Origin: an uncultured Gammaproteobacteria bacterium
GTDB taxonomy: Bacteria; Pseudomonadota; Gammaproteobacteria; DRLM01
DNA length: 64,000 bases
Reading direction: 5' to 3'
NCBI GenBank assembly: GCA_963729605.1
Contig: CAVSNY010000004.1
Span: forward strand, 1 to 64,000
This document shows, piece after piece, positions 1-16,513 of this stretch. Numbering within the stretch: position 1 is the stretch's first letter; the number at the start of each line of letters is the position of its first letter. The notes under the pieces are model-generated. The model had not been told where the DNA came from and ran no database searches. It worked only from the letters and a program-made list of their open reading frames with translations. The translations under genes were made by a program, and so were the position numbers.

Positions 1-2107
<2,107 letters not shown>

Positions 2108-2309
2108 AGGGGAAATCCGGTCAGTTTCGGCTCAAAATCATATAGCGTATCGAGGCCTTTCTAACCGCCCCAAACGCTCCGCGCCGGCGGTTTTTCCCTT
2201 CGTTTTTTCATGGACTTAGGAGGCTGTCGAGGCAGCCTCCCGGGCCGACCGGATCCGGCCGCGCGAAACCGCCCGAAAATCGTGCGCCCTGCGGCCGCTT
2301 TGAGGCGCT

Positions 2310-2713
2310 TCAGGAACCGAACAGAACCCGGTGCATCAGCCGGCCCGGCACCAGCGTGAACAATCCCGCCAGCAGCAGCGCGCCGGCATAGATCGAAACC
2401 ATCGTGATCTTGTGGGCGCGCACGCGCTGCGCTGCGGGCCGCCACCACCGCCACCACCAGCATGACCGGCGTGAACACCGAGAGCAGGTGGATCGGGCTC
2501 CACCGGGCCCCACAGCCGGATGCCGTGGATCAGGAACGAGGAAGCGCTGATCAGCAGCATCAGCACCACCCAGACCCATCCCAGGGTCCGGTGCGGCAGC
2601 GTGCCCTTGGGGGCCGCCAGTTGCACCGCGCAGACCTCCACGAAGGCCGTCAGGGCCGCAAAGGCGTGAACCTGGATTTCCGGGGCGGCGGCGAGCAACG
2701 GCGCGAGCGACAC
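2310..2713 (-). CDS. DUF2306-like small membrane protein, frameshifted
   Basis: IQVHAFAA..APKGTLPHRTLGWVWVVLM..AHKITMVSIYAGALLLAGLFTLVPGRLMH pieced from three ORFs. Confidence 0.75.
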
Positions 2714-2746
2714 CCCGAAGTTCCCCGCGAGACAGACGTGAAGACC

Positions 2747-2767
2747 GATGTAATGAGTATTTACATC
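2747..2767. promoter_or_regulatory. Palindromic operator-like site between divergent genes
   Basis: GATGTAA-N7-TTACATC perfect inverted repeat in an AT-rich intergenic stretch; divergent ATG at 2811 is cut by the junction. Confidence 0.45.
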
Positions 2768-2837
2768 TATCTTTCCAGTGTCAAGTTTATCCGTAAACGA
2801 AAAACTGAAAATGCCCGTCAAATTCCGAAGCCCGATC

Positions 2838-3240
2838 GGAGCGCGTCGAGCTGAACGAGGGTGGTGGCGCCCAACTCCTCAAGGCGCTCGACGATGTGGT
2901 CGAAGGCCGGATTGACGTGGCGGTCCGCCTCAAGGGGCGCGAGGAGGGCGCGTTCCGGAAACGCCTGCCCGGGTTCACGCCGGTCATCCACTGCGACAAC
3001 GAGTCGTCGCGCCGCTACACGATCGTCGAGATCGTGGCCGAAGAACGCGCTCGGCCTGCTCTACCGCATGAGCCGGGCGATGTCGGAGTCCGGCTGCGAC
3101 GTCGACCTCGTGCTGATCACCACCGAAGGCCGGCGCGCGATCGACGTCTTCCACCTGACGCGGACGGCGGCAAACTGTCACTGGCTCAGCAAGCGGAACT
3201 CACGGAGAAGCTGCAGCGCGTTCTGGAGGGACGCCCATGA
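2838..3240 (+). CDS. glnD: C-terminal ACT domains of PII uridylyltransferase (5'-truncated, frameshifted)
   Basis: DNESSRRYTIVEIVA..LGLLYRMSRAMSESGCDVDLVLITTEGRRAIDVFHLT; ATGA overlap with the P-II gene. Confidence 0.8.
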
Positions 3241-3566
3241 AACTGATCAAGTCGATCGTTCGGCCCAACAAGGTCGATGAAGTGAAGGCCGCGCTCGAGA
3301 AGCTTCAGATTTCGGGCATGACCGTCACCGAGGTGCGCGGCCACGGCAAGCAGAAAGGGCACACGGCGATCTATCGCGGCCAGGAATACAACGTCAGCCT
3401 GCTGCCGAAGATGGAAATCGAGGTCGTCGTGCCGGACTCGATGGCCGACGACGCCATCAAGGCGATCATCGAGGCGGCGCGGACGGGCGAGATCGGCGAT
3501 GGCCGCGTGTTCGTGCTGCCGGTGCTCGAGAGCTACAAGATTCGGACGGGCGAGAGAGAGGTCTGA
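3237..3566 (+). CDS. glnB: P-II nitrogen regulatory protein
   Basis: Intact 109 aa ORF: MKLIKSIVRP, T-loop YRGQEY, RTGEIGDGRVF. Confidence 0.95.
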   Translation: MKLIKSIVRPNKVDEVKAALEKLQISGMTVTEVRGHGKQKGHTAIYRGQEYNVSLLPKMEIEVVVPDSMADDAIKAIIEAARTGEIGDGRVFVLPVLESYKIRTGEREV

Positions 3567-3592
3567 CCGGCGTGTGCCGGCGTCCGGGCCAG

Positions 3593-3960
3593 CTACCTGG
3601 CCGCCGGCGGCTTCAGGTCTTTGACGATGAAGACCTTCTCGCCGCGGCGGATCAGGCCGAGCTCGCGGCGGGCGAGTTCTTCGATGGCCGCGGGGTCTTC
3701 GCGCAGCCGGCGGGCTTCCTCTCGAAGCCGATCGTTCTCCTCGCGCTGCCGGGCGATCGGCCTGCGACGAGCTCGTCGTACTCGCGGCGGGCGCGCAGCA
3801 TGGCCAGCAGCCCACGGTCGCCGGCCACCGCATCCACCAGAAAGACGATCGCGACGACGCCAAGCACGATCTGAAGGACACGGCGCGACTGCGGACTGCG
3901 TCCGCTGCGGCCGGGTTTGCCGTGACCGACGTGGTGCGTTCCTTCCGCGCCACGGGTCAA
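3593..3960 (-). CDS. ftsB: Septum formation initiator FtsB/DivIC, frameshifted
   Basis: TM segment + GDRGLL, coiled coil REENDRLREEARRLREDPAAIEELARRELGLIRRGEKVF. Confidence 0.85.
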
Positions 3961-4104
3961 CACGGTACAACAAAGTGCTGGTCCTGTACATCACAACGTG
4001 CAGTTCGAGCGCGATCGAGCACGGTTCGAGTGCGACTGCACGGTCGAGAGTACGAACGGGTGCGAGACGCGTGGATGCGCGATGCGGCCACGTGAGGTGC
4101 GGCG

Positions 4105-4449
4105 ATGACTGATGTGGTGCTGGTGCTCACGACGGTCCGATCGGCGGACGCGGGTGAGACCATCGCGACGGCGCTGGTCGAGGAGGGGCTGGCCGCCTGC
4201 GTGAACGTCTCGGCCGCCGATGACGTCGATCTACCGCTGGGCAGGGCGCTCGAGCAGCGCGACCGAGCATCAGCTGGTCATCAAGACGGTCGCGTCGCGA
4301 ACGTGACCGCGTCGAACGGCGTCTCGGCGAGCTGCACCCGTACGAGCTGCCCGAGTTGCTGGTCTTCCCGTCGCGCGACGGCGGCGCGGCGTACCTGGAC
4401 TGGGTCAGGGCTGAGACGGCCGGGCCCGGTACTTGCAGGAACTCGATGA
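4105..4449 (+). CDS. cutA: Divalent cation tolerance protein CutA, frameshifted
   Basis: VVLVLTT..ALVEEGLAACVN; HPYELPE and YLDWV in shifted frames. Confidence 0.85.
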   Translation: MTDVVLVLTTVRSADAGETIATALVEEGLAACVNVSAADDVDLPLGRALEQRDRASAGHQDGRVANVTASNGVSASCTRTSCPSCWSSRRATAARRTWTGSGLRRPGPVLAGTR

Positions 4450-5060
4450 CCATCGGCAGCACCGACACGAAGACGATGCCGAGCGCCACCAGCGAGAAAT
4501 TCTCCTTGATGACCGGCACGTTGCCGAACAGATAGCCGGCCCCCAGGCAGAGCCCGACCCACGCGACCGCGCCCGTGACGTTGTAGAAGGCGAACGACGG
4601 ATACGACATCTCGGCCGCGCCGGCCACGAACGGGACGAAGGTCCGGACGATCGGCATGAACCGGCCGAGCACGACCGCCTTGCCGCCGTGCCGCTCGAAG
4701 AACTCGTGGGCCCGGGCGATGTAGACCGGGTTGATCCAGCGCCGCCAGCGTCGGGTCGGTGCGCGACTTCTGGATGATGCGCGTGCCGGCCGCCCGTCCG
4801 ATCGCGTAGTTCACCGCGTCGCCGGCGATCGCCGCCGCCAGCAGCAGGACGCCGCGGTGGCGGATTCGAGCGCCCCGGTGGCGGCGATCGCGCCGGCGGC
4901 GAACAGCAGCGAGTCGCCCGGCAGGAACGGCGTCACGACCAGCCCGGTCTCCGCGAAGACGATGGCGAAGAGGACGCCGTAGATCCAGGCGCCGTAGGTC
5001 CGGACGAGGTCGAGCAGGTGGCGGTCGGCGTGCAGGAGCAGAGTCGATGAGTTCGGTCAT
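4430..5060 (-). CDS. dedA: DedA/VTT family membrane protein, frameshifted
   Basis: [47 protein letters not shown]. Confidence 0.9.
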
Positions 5061-5076
5061 GGATGATGAATGGGCA

Positions 5077-6264
<1,188 letters not shown>

Positions 6265-6291
6265 CTAATATCGCGAAGTCCACGCACTCCC

Positions 6292-8509
6292 ATGAAGCAC
6301 GCGCTGCTCGGAACGCTGCCCGGACGCGCGATCGTCATCGGCGCGGCGGTGAAGCTCGTCGGTCTTCGCGCTCGGCGCTCGTCGGCCGCCGTGCCGGCGT
6401 TCGCTGCGGCGTCGTCGACACGGTCGCGTCGGTCGCGCTCGTGGCCGGCGGCGCGCTACTTCCTCGGCGCGGGCGCTCGCGTTCGCGAAGCGGCGGCTGC
6501 TGTGGCGCGTGCGCCGCAAGCTGATCATCTCCTACATCTTCATCGGCTTCGTCCCGGCGCTGCTGATCGTCGCGTTCTTCCTGCTCGGCGGCCTGCTGCT
6601 GTTCTCGAACTTCAGCTCGTATCTGGTGCAGAACCGGTTCCGCGACGCTCGACCGATCGCGCCGCTGTCGATCGCGCGCGACGACCGCGCGTCGAGATCC
6701 AGCGGCCGGCGGGCGCGACGTCGCGGCGCATCCTCGAGCCGGCGACGCGACGGCGCGTCGCAGCGAGTTTCCCGGCGTCTCGCTCGCGGTCGTGCCGCGA
6801 TCGATGCGGGCCGTGCGATCGGCGCCGCCGCGCCGGTCGCCGACGGCCGCGCGGCGACGCCGGCCGCCGCGTGCGTCGACCGCCGGCCCGTGGGCGCATG
6901 TCGAGCCGCCGCGCGCGATCCCGGCGTGGATCGACTGCGACGGGTTTCAGCGGGCTGCTCGCGTACGCGCGACCGCGAGGCCGCGCGCCGGCGCCGGCGG
7001 CGCCGGCATCGCAACTGACTGCGGCGACTGCGCGGCGCCGGTCGGACGTCGGCTGGTCGCGCGCGCGTCGCGCTTCCCGGACGGCGGCGAGTCCGGCTAC
7101 GCCGTGGTCGTCGATCTTGCCGTTGGACCGGCGCTGCGTCGAGCGCGCTGCGCAGCGAGACCGGCGTCGAGCTGACCGACGTCCAGATCGATCGAGCCGG
7201 CGATGCGCGCCGCTCGCGGCCGCCGGCGCGCCGCCGACGCCGCGCCGGCCGACGCGCCGAGCAGCGCTGCCGCTGACTCGGTCACGTTCCTCGAGCTACG
7301 CGACTGGGCGACCGGCGAGCGCGGCACGGTCGCTGCGCGTCGCATGCGGCTGAGCATCGCCGAGATCTACCGCCGGATCTCGGCCGCGCAGGGCGTCGCG
7401 GCGACCGCAGCTTCGGCCAGGGGCTGCTGCTCGTGCTGATCGTCATCGGCGTGCTGTTCCTCGATCATCGAGGCGCTCGCGCTGGTCGCCGGCCTGGCGC
7501 TGGCGCGATCGATCACCGGGTCGGTGCACGAGCTGTTCGCCGGCACCGAGCGGGTGCGGCAGCGGCGACTTCACGCACAAGATCGCGATCCGCGCGCGCG
7601 ATCAGCTCGGCGAGCTGGCCGCGTCGTTCAACTCGATGACCGCCAGCATCGAGGACCTGCTGCGCGAGCAGGCGGAGAAGAAGCGGCTCGAGGAGGAGCT
7701 GCGCATCGCGCACGAGATCCAGATGTCGCTGCTGCCGCAGGGGCCGCTCGAGCATGCCCGGGCTGTCGGTCACGGCGCTCTGCGTGCCGGCGCGCGAGGT
7801 CGGCGGCGACTACTACGACTTGCTGCCGCTCGACGACCACCGCGTCGGCGTGCTGATCGCCGACGTCTCCGGCAAGGGCACGTCGGCGGCGCTCTACATG
7901 GCGGAGCTGAAGGGGCTGATGCTGTCGCTGAGCCGCATCCACACGTCGCCGCGCGAGCTGCTGATCACCGCCAACCGGATCATCGCCGAGCACCTCGACG
8001 CGCGCAGCTTCATCACCATGACCTATGCGGTGGTCGATCTGCGCGCGCGGACGATGACCTACGCGCGCGCCGGGCACACGCCGCTGATCTACCTGCCGGC
8101 GACGGGCGCCGACGCGCCAGCTGCGCGTCCTCGCGCCCGACGGCCTGGTGCTCGGGCTCAAGATCGACAACGGCGAGATGTTCGAGCGGCTGCTCCAGCG
8201 AGGAGACGATGACCATTCACGAGGGCGACCTGTTCCTGTTCTTCACCGACGGCATCACCGAGGCGATGAACGCGGCCGACGACTGCTTCGGCGAGGCCCG
8301 GCTCGGCCGCGCTCGTCGAGGAGCACGCGCACCTGCCGTCGCGAGGAGCTGCGCGAGCGCGTGCTGCGCGAGATCGCGGCGTTCGTCGGCGACGCGCCGC
8401 AGCACGACGACATGACGATGATCCTGCTGCGGATCGGCGACGCCGCGCCGACGTCGCGCCGTCGCGACGCCGAGCGCGATCGACGGTCGGCCGGTGCGAG
8501 GTCGCCTGA
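6292..8509 (+). CDS. Membrane HAMP + SpoIIE/RsbU PP2C phosphatase, frameshifted
   Basis: RRKLIISYIFIG TM region; EEELRIAHEIQMSLLP; EVGGDYYD; IADVSGKG; FTDGITEA; QHDDMT. Confidence 0.88.
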
Positions 8510-8511
8510 GC

Positions 8512-9505
8512 ATGCGCCGATCTGGTCACCATCTTCCGCACGCAGTCCGACGTCGAAGCCAGCATCGTCCGCGGCCTGCTCGAGGCGAACGGCGTGCCGT
8601 CGGTCGTGTCGTCGCCGGTGACGCCACTCGGTGTTCCCGCTCACCGTCAACGAGCTCGGCGAGGTGCGGATTGTCGGTGCACGCCGACGAGGCCGAGGAG
8701 GCGCGGCGGATCATCGACAGCCACCGGACCGAGCTGACCACCGGGCAGGTGGTGCCGGCTGCGCGACGAGTTCGAGACGCTGCAGCGCGCGATCGACTAC
8801 CGGTTCCGCGATCGCGGCCTGCTCGAGCACGCGATGACCCACACGTCGCGCGCCAACGAGGACGTCAGCGGCGGCGTGGTCGACAACGAGTCGCTCGAGT
8901 TTCTCGGCGACGCCGTGCTCGGGTTCGTCGTCGCCGACCTGCTGTTCCGCGAGTTCCCGTCGTTCGACGAAGGGCAGAAGTCGAAGATCAAGGCGTCGCT
9001 CGTCTCGACGGCGACGCTGGCGCGGCAGGCCGAGCGGCTGGCGCTCGGCGATCACCTGCTGCTCGGGCGCGGCGAGGAGAAGACCGGCGGCCGCCAGAAG
9101 CAGGCGCTGCTGGCCGACGGCTACGAGGCGCTGATCGCGGCGATCTACCTCGACGGCGGCATCGAGCAGGCGCGCGCGTTCATCGCGCGCGAGTTCGCGC
9201 CGCTCGTCGCCGAGGTGCGCGAGCGGCGGCCTGGTCGGCCAGGATCACAAGTCGGCGCTGCAGGAGTACCTGCAGTCGCACGACCAGCCGCTGCCCGAGT
9301 ACCGGCTCGCCGGCACGATCGGCCCCGATCACCGCAAGCAGTTTCAGGTGGAGGTGGTGGTGCGCGGCGAGGCGATCGCGCAGGGGACCGGGCCGAGCAA
9401 GAAGGAAGCGGAGCAGGAAGCGGCGCGGCTGGCGCTCGAGAACGGCTCAGGAATGGCGAGCTCACGACTCGAGAGTTCGAGCTTCAGCCGAACTCAGTCG
9501 TCTAG
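8512..9505 (+). CDS. rnc: Ribonuclease III with N-terminal DUF2007-like domain, frameshifted
   Basis: THTS..DNESLEFLGDAVL signature, ADGYEALIAAIYLDGG, dsRBD DHKSALQEYLQ..GPSKKEAEQEAA; N-term EASIVRGLLEANGV. Confidence 0.9.
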
Positions 9506-10676
9506 TCGATCTCGATGATGCCCCAGTCCTTCCGGTCGTCGTCGGCGGCGCCGGGCCGGCCGGCGGCCATCACCGAGCGCCGGCTCGGGCTGCTGCGGCA
9601 GGCGCGGCAGCGCGTAGCGGTGCACTTCGCGCGCGAGGTCGTCGTCGGTCGGCGCGGTCGGCGCGGCAGTGCAGGCGGACCCAGACGCGCAGCAGCGGGT
9701 CGGTGTAGCTGTAGCGCTTCTGCCGCGCGGTCACGAGGTCGACGTCCTCGAGCCACGACAGGTAGTCCTTGGTCGAGCCCGGCGTGCGCTGCAGGCGCTG
9801 CGAGATCTCGGTCAGCGTCAGCCCTTCTTCTTCGCGCGAGGATGTCGAGAATCGCCTTGAGCGCGCCGTAGCCGCGCGCGCGGTGCAGCCGCAGCTCGTA
9901 GGAGAAGCGGCACTGCCGCGACGAGGCGCGCCGTCGGCGACCAGCAGCGCGGCGAGCGCGCTGACGGCGTCGCTCGCCGCCCGGGCCGCCGCGCTCGCGC
10001 ATCGCGTCAGCTCGTCGGCGATCGCGCGGACGTACGCCGGCCGGCCGTCGGCGAGCGCCTGGACGGTCGCGCGCGGTGTACTCGGCCTCGTGCGCGTCGC
10101 CCGACGACAGATGGCCGGCGGCGAGGCCGAGCATGTCGAGCGTGTCCTCGGCCGTCAAGCGCCGGCATGTGAATGACTTCGAAGCGCGCCGAGCGGTCGC
10201 GCAGCAGCCGCAGCGTGCGCGCCGTGTAGCGGCTGGTCAGGACGAACCGGTTGCCGCTGGCCGCCAGGCCGTCGACGAGGTCGTGCAGCACCCGGCGCAG
10301 GCCCGGAAAGCTTTCGAAGGTGCGGAGCTCGAGGAACTCGTCGAGCAGGAACGTCGCCGGCTCGCTGCCGCCGGCGCGCGCGCGGTCGAAGAACGCCAGC
10401 GTCGCGTCGAAGGCCGCGCGCGCGCCGGCGGCGGCGGCTCGCCGGCGGCGAACGGCGACGTGCTGCGTGACCGCGCGCAGGAACCGCTCGGGCGTGGTCG
10501 CCGTGCGCTCGACGTCGACGTACTGCGCCGTCGTGCGGCCGATGCGATCGCGCAGCTGCTGCAGCAGCGTGGTCCGGCCGCTGCCGCATCCGCCGAGCAG
10601 GACCGGAATGCGCGAAGGCGAAGCGTCGAGCGCCGCGAGCGACGCGGCGCGTGAGAGTGGAGCGAGGCGTCAGCAT
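9502..10676 (-). CDS. Archaeal-type AAA/P-loop ATPase with C-terminal winged helix, frameshifted
   Basis: Walker A-like VLLGGCGSGRTTLL, Walker B FLLDEF, HTH LTLTEISQRLQRTPGSTKDYLSWLEDVDLV..YTDPLLRVW. Confidence 0.7.
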
Positions 10677-10839
10677 TGCGTCGTGTCCGAAAGAGTAGAC
10701 CTTAAGAAAGCAGCGCGAACGTTGTCAATCGAAAATGAAAACATTTTTCACTTGACTCGACGCGCGCGTCGCGTCATTGCGATCGCGCGCCGCGATCGTC
10801 GCGGCGCGCGCGCCGTGTCGCGCGCGCGTTTGAGAGTAG

Positions 10840-12175
<1,336 letters not shown>

Positions 12176-12280
12176 GGCAGTCGGGACTGACGGCGGCGCA
12201 GGCTACGCCGGATCGCCTCGCAATGCGTGAGCCCGCGAGCAGTCGGCTTCGAGAAACTGACGCGCGGCCGGCTTCTGCGA

Positions 12281-13069
12281 TCAGAAGATCCGCGCGTCCT
12301 GAAGCGGCCACCACCGCACCTTGACCTTGCCGACGATGTACTTCTTCGGCACCTGGCCCCAGTGGCGGCTGTCGGAGCTGTTGTTGCGGTGGTCGCCCAT
12401 CACGAAGTAGTAGCCCTGCTGGACGACGGTCGGGCCCCAGTCGTCGTGGCTGCGGAACTCGTCGGGCACGTAGTCGTCGTGCAGCGGCACGTCGTTGACG
12501 TAGACGCGGCCGTCGACGATGCGCACCGAATCGCCTTCCTTGGCGATCACCCGCTTGACGAACATCTTCTCGGGGTTGAGCGGGTAATACAGCATCACGA
12601 TGTCGCCCGGCCGCGGCTCGCCGAGCTCGTAGACCAGCTTGTTGACGATCAGCCGATCGTGATCCTCGAGCGTCGGCGCCATGCTCAGGCCGTCGACGCG
12701 CGCGACCTGAAAGCCGAACGTGACGATCAGCGTGGCGTAGACGGCGGCGGAGAACAGCGTCTGCACGCCGGCCACGATCTCGCCGCCGATCCGCCGCCAC
12801 GGTGACGAGCGCGGCGCGCGTGTGACGACGGGCGTATCGGCGGCGGGTCCGGCGTCAAGGGGAGCCGCCTCCGGAGCAATGAGCGAATCCGAAGGTTCCG
12901 TGCTGGCGAGCGCCGCGACGGGCAGGCCCGTGTCGGCATCCGCCGCCGGCGTCAGCGGCTCGAAAATCTCGTTGAACGTCGGCGCGCGTTCGCCAGCCGC
13001 GGTCGCGGCAGGCTCGGCGGTCGGGTCTTCTGGGAAGCGCGCCGTATCATCCATGAAAATCTGAGGCAT
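12281..13069 (-). CDS. lepB: Signal peptidase I with long Pro/Ala-rich N-terminus
   Basis: GLSMAPTL (Ser), FVKRVIA (Lys), GDHRNNSSDSRHWG. Confidence 0.95.
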   Translation of the reverse strand: MPQIFMDDTARFPEDPTAEPAATAAGERAPTFNEIFEPLTPAADADTGLPVAALASTEPSDSLIAPEAAPLDAGPAADTPVVTRAPRSSPWRRIGGEIVAGVQTLFSAAVYATLIVTFGFQVARVDGLSMAPTLEDHDRLIVNKLVYELGEPRPGDIVMLYYPLNPEKMFVKRVIAKEGDSVRIVDGRVYVNDVPLHDDYVPDEFRSHDDWGPTVVQQGYYFVMGDHRNNSSDSRHWGQVPKKYIVGKVKVRWWPLQDARIF

Positions 13070-13158
13070 TCAGAATAGCACTACTGTGGCATTGTCCGTT
13101 GCGGCCCGACGAGGTAGCCGGACTGGAGTTCGCTGATCCCTGATAATCATTCCCCCGG

Positions 13159-15106
13159 ATGCACAGACTCTCGCGCGTGGGGTGGCATCTCCTGCCTCCC
13201 CTCGCTTTCGTCGCGCTCGCGATCGGGTGGACGCTTCCCCTGATCAATCACCTGTCATCCAGCCTTCCCGGCGAGCCCGGCGACAACCTCGATTTCCTGT
13301 GGAATACCTGGTGGATGCGCGTGGCGGTCGCGTCACCGGACGTGAGCTTCTTCCGCACGGACCGCCTGTTCTCGCCCTTCGGTGTTGATCTCGCCCTGCA
13401 CACCCACACCGCGCTGCCGTCATGGATCGCGGCAACGGTCCTGGCGCCGGCGTCCACGATTGCGGCCCAGAATCTCATCGTCCTCGGTTCGATCGCCCTG
13501 AACGGGTGCGCCGCCTACGCGCTCGCCTGGTCGATCACCCGGGACCGGATCGCCTCGACCGTCGCCGGATTGATCTTCGCCGGCTCGCCCTACGTCGAGG
13601 CGCACCTCATGGGTCATGTGAATCTGGTCGGACCCTGGGGCATTCCGCTCTTCGTGCTGTGCCTGCAACGCGCTCTCGACCGACGTTCCCGCGCCGCGGC
13701 GGCCGCGGCGGGCCTCTGCCTCGTCGTCACGGCGTTCGTCGACTACTACTATCTGGTCTACGCCTGCGTGCTCGGCGCCGGACTGATCGTCGCGAGCCTC
13801 CGCGCGCTGACGTGGACAACCGCAGCGCGCCGCGTTGGTCGCGGTGTGCTCTGGACAGCGATGGCCCTCGCGGCGCTCGCCATCGTCCTCGCTGCCGCCA
13901 TCGTGGTGACTGGCGGAGTCGTCACCTCCGTCGCGGGCGTCGCGATCACGGCCACGCAGCCGACCAATCTTCTGAGCGCCGGGTGGATCCTGCTCGTGGG
14001 GCTGGCGCTGCTGCGATGGCGGCCGCGTGTGCGCGTCGCGCGCCCGGTGCGCGGCCTCGTCGCAGAGCGCCTGCGCGTGTTGTGGCCAATGGCCGCGGTG
14101 ACGCTCGTCGGACTGGCGCCGCTGCTGCTGCGCGTCTGGACACTCTGGGAGCGCGGCGACTACGCCGCGCCACAGCCCTCATGGCGGAATGCACCGGCGG
14201 GGGTGGATCTCGCGACGCTCGTCCTGGGCAATCCCTGGCATCCGGAGTCGGGTCCCTGGACGCGCAATCTGTATCGGCAACTCGGCATCAACGCGATCGA
14301 GAGTGTCGGCTGGCTCGGTCTCGCGCCCCTCACTCTCGTGGCCTGGACGGTGCTGCGTGAACGCCGGGATCCGATGGTCGCACGCTGGGTGACCGTGGGC
14401 GCGACGTTCTTTGTTGGGCGCTGGGTCCGTGGCTGCGCATCGGCGGATTCAATACCGGCCTGCTCCTGCCACAGAACGTCTTGGCATGGATCCCCGTCCT
14501 CTCGAACGCGCGCATGCCGGGGCGCGCGATGTCGGTGGTCTTTCTCGCGCTCGCCGTCCTCTCCGCGATCGCCATCGCTGGGTCGCCGCGCTCGCGGCGC
14601 CCGTTTCTTGGTGCGCTGGTTATCGTGCTCATCGTCGCGGACTATTGCCCGTCACCGTTCCCGCTGACCCGTGTCGACGTTCCCGCGCTCTACACCCAGC
14701 TTCGGGATTTGCCGCCAGGCGCTGTCTGCGAGCTCCCCGTTGGACTCCGCGATGGATTCGGCGAGATCGGACGTTTCGACGATCGCGTGGCCGCCTTTCA
14801 GATGACCCATGGCCATCCCATCGTCGGCGGCTTTGTTGCCCGGGTCCCGGATTCGATCAAGCAGGGATATGCGGACCTGCCGGTCGTGCGGTCACTGTTT
14901 CTGCTCTCAGCGGGGAAGCCGATGGATGCGCGCGATGCGGCATTCGAGGCGCCAGATGTGGCCCGGCACCTTCACGCGGTCGGGATTCGCTATCTGGTGT
15001 TCAACCGCGAGCCGCGCTGCCGCCGCTGGTCTCGTTTGTGGAGTCGAGCATCCCACATCGCGTCGTCGTCAGCGAAGGGCCGCGCACGCTGATGGTCGTG
15101 GAGTAG
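13159..15106 (+). CDS. Multi-TM membrane protein, likely GT-C/YfhO-like glycosyltransferase; 2 frameshifts
   Basis: GDNLDFLWNTWW, many TMs, NARMPGRA, C-terminal QMTHGHPIVGGFVAR. Confidence 0.6.
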
Positions 15107-15125
15107 TGGAGTAGTGGAGTAGTAG
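15098..15125. repeat. Short tandem repeat (GTGGAGTA)x3
   Basis: gtggagtagtggagtagtggagtagtag overlapping the stop codon. Confidence 0.8.
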
Positions 15126-15154
15126 CGTCCGGCTTTAGCCGATGTTCAACCACG

Positions 15155-15949
15155 TTATGACGTCAGGTGAAGCCGGACGCAACGTACTGCCCGAACGTGG
15201 CAATGACCGGCGCGTGATCGCTGGTGCCGATCTCCTTCTGCACCGGGCACGACACGGCCCGCGCCGCGAGGTCCGCGCTCGGCAAGACGTAGTCGAGGCG
15301 CCAGCCGATGTTGCGCTCGCGCATGTTGCGCCACGGCGCCCACCACGTGAACAGGCCGTCGTTGTCCGGATCGAGCGCGCGGCCGACGTCGACGAGGCCC
15401 CGCGCAGATGATGCGCGCGAGCAGCGCGCGCTCCTCCGGCAGCTGGCCGATCGCGCGCGGCTTGCGCTCTTTCGGGTGGACGTCGCGCTCGGTCCGCGCG
15501 ACGTTCAGATCGCCGCAGAGCACGAGCGGCCGGCCGTCGCGCGCGGAACGCGCTCGGCGTAGGCGTCGAGCGCCTCGAGGAACCGCATCTTGGCCGGGAA
15601 GTCCTTGCCGCCGTTCGGCACGTAGATCGAGGCGATCGTGACGCCGTCGACGTCGGCGGTGACGATGCGGTGTTCGTGATCGAAGGCGGGATGGGTGAAC
15701 GCCGGGCGCTCGGGGCAGACGTGCTTGCTGACGTGCAGGGCGACGCCGGAGTAGCCCTTGCCGCCGTGCCAGTAGCACCAGTAGCCCTCCATCTCGAAGA
15801 GGGCCGTCGGGAATCTGATCGGGAGTGGCCTTGATTTCCTGCAGGCAGACGACGTCCGGGCGATCGCGCGCGAGCCATTCCTGGAGCTGCGCCTGACGCG
15901 GGCCCGGATGCCGTTGACGTTCCAGGTGGCGATCGTGAATTGAGGTCAT
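15155..15949 (-). CDS. xth: Exodeoxyribonuclease III, frameshifted
   Basis: ATWNVNGIRAR, DVVCLQEIK, GYSGVA, YVPNGG, GDLNVA, GWRLDY, SDHAPV. Confidence 0.92.
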   Translation of the reverse strand: MTSIHDRHLERQRHPGPRQAQLQEWLARDRPDVVCLQEIKATPDQIPDGPLRDGGLLVLLARRQGLLRRRPARQQARLPRAPGVHPSRLRSRTPHRHRRRRRRHDRLDLRAERRQGLPGQDAVPRGARRLRRARSARDGRPLVLCGDLNVARTERDVHPKERKPRAIGQLPEERALLARIICAGPRRRRPRARSGQRRPVHVVGAVAQHARAQHRLAPRLRLAERGPRGAGRVVPGAEGDRHQRSRAGHCHVRAVRCVRLHLTS

Positions 15950-16026
15950 CTGGTCAATCGGTCATTGAGTCATTCTGGTCGATTGGCATGCATGACCAGA
16001 TGACGCAGATCGACCAGATGACCCAA
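15943..16026. repeat. Inverted array of degenerate ~9-bp units (GGTCATCTG / CAGATGACC)
   Basis: ggtcatctggtcaatcggtcattgagtcattctggtc facing gaccagatgacgcagatcgaccagatgacc. Confidence 0.6.
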
Positions 16027-16038
16027 ATCGCAGATGCG

Positions 16039-16414
16039 TTAGAACTTGGCGTGCGCGGCCTGACGTTCGGCGGCCGGGACCGCCATGATGTCGGGGTGCG
16101 CGGCGACGTGCGCCTTGACGATCTCTTCGGCCTTGGCCATCGCGTCGGCGTCGCCGAGGCGGTAGATGGCGTTGGCTTCGATCAGCATCTTCTGGTGCGA
16201 CGGTGTCGCGTCGATGCTCTCGTAGATCGCCGCCACCGGGCAGGCCGGCACGCAGGCGCCGCAGTCGATGCACTCTTCCGGATGGATGTAGAGCATCGTC
16301 GCCGTCGGCGAACTCGGCTTCGTCCTTGCGCGGGTGAATGCAGTCGACCGGGCAGACGTCCACGCAGGCCGTATCCTTGGTCTCGATACAGGGGTCAGTG
16401 ATGATGAAGGGCAT
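16039..16414 (-). CDS. Dicluster ferredoxin with helical C-terminal extension, 1 frameshift
   Basis: [18 protein letters not shown] and [14 protein letters not shown]. Confidence 0.92.
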
Positions 16415-16513
16415 GCTCGCGAGTCTCCGTTTGTTGGTTCGTGCAGTCCGGCTTCATCCGGACCGGAAACGGTCGGCTTATCGAGCCAAAATCGAAGAAT
16501 TATACCTTGCGCG

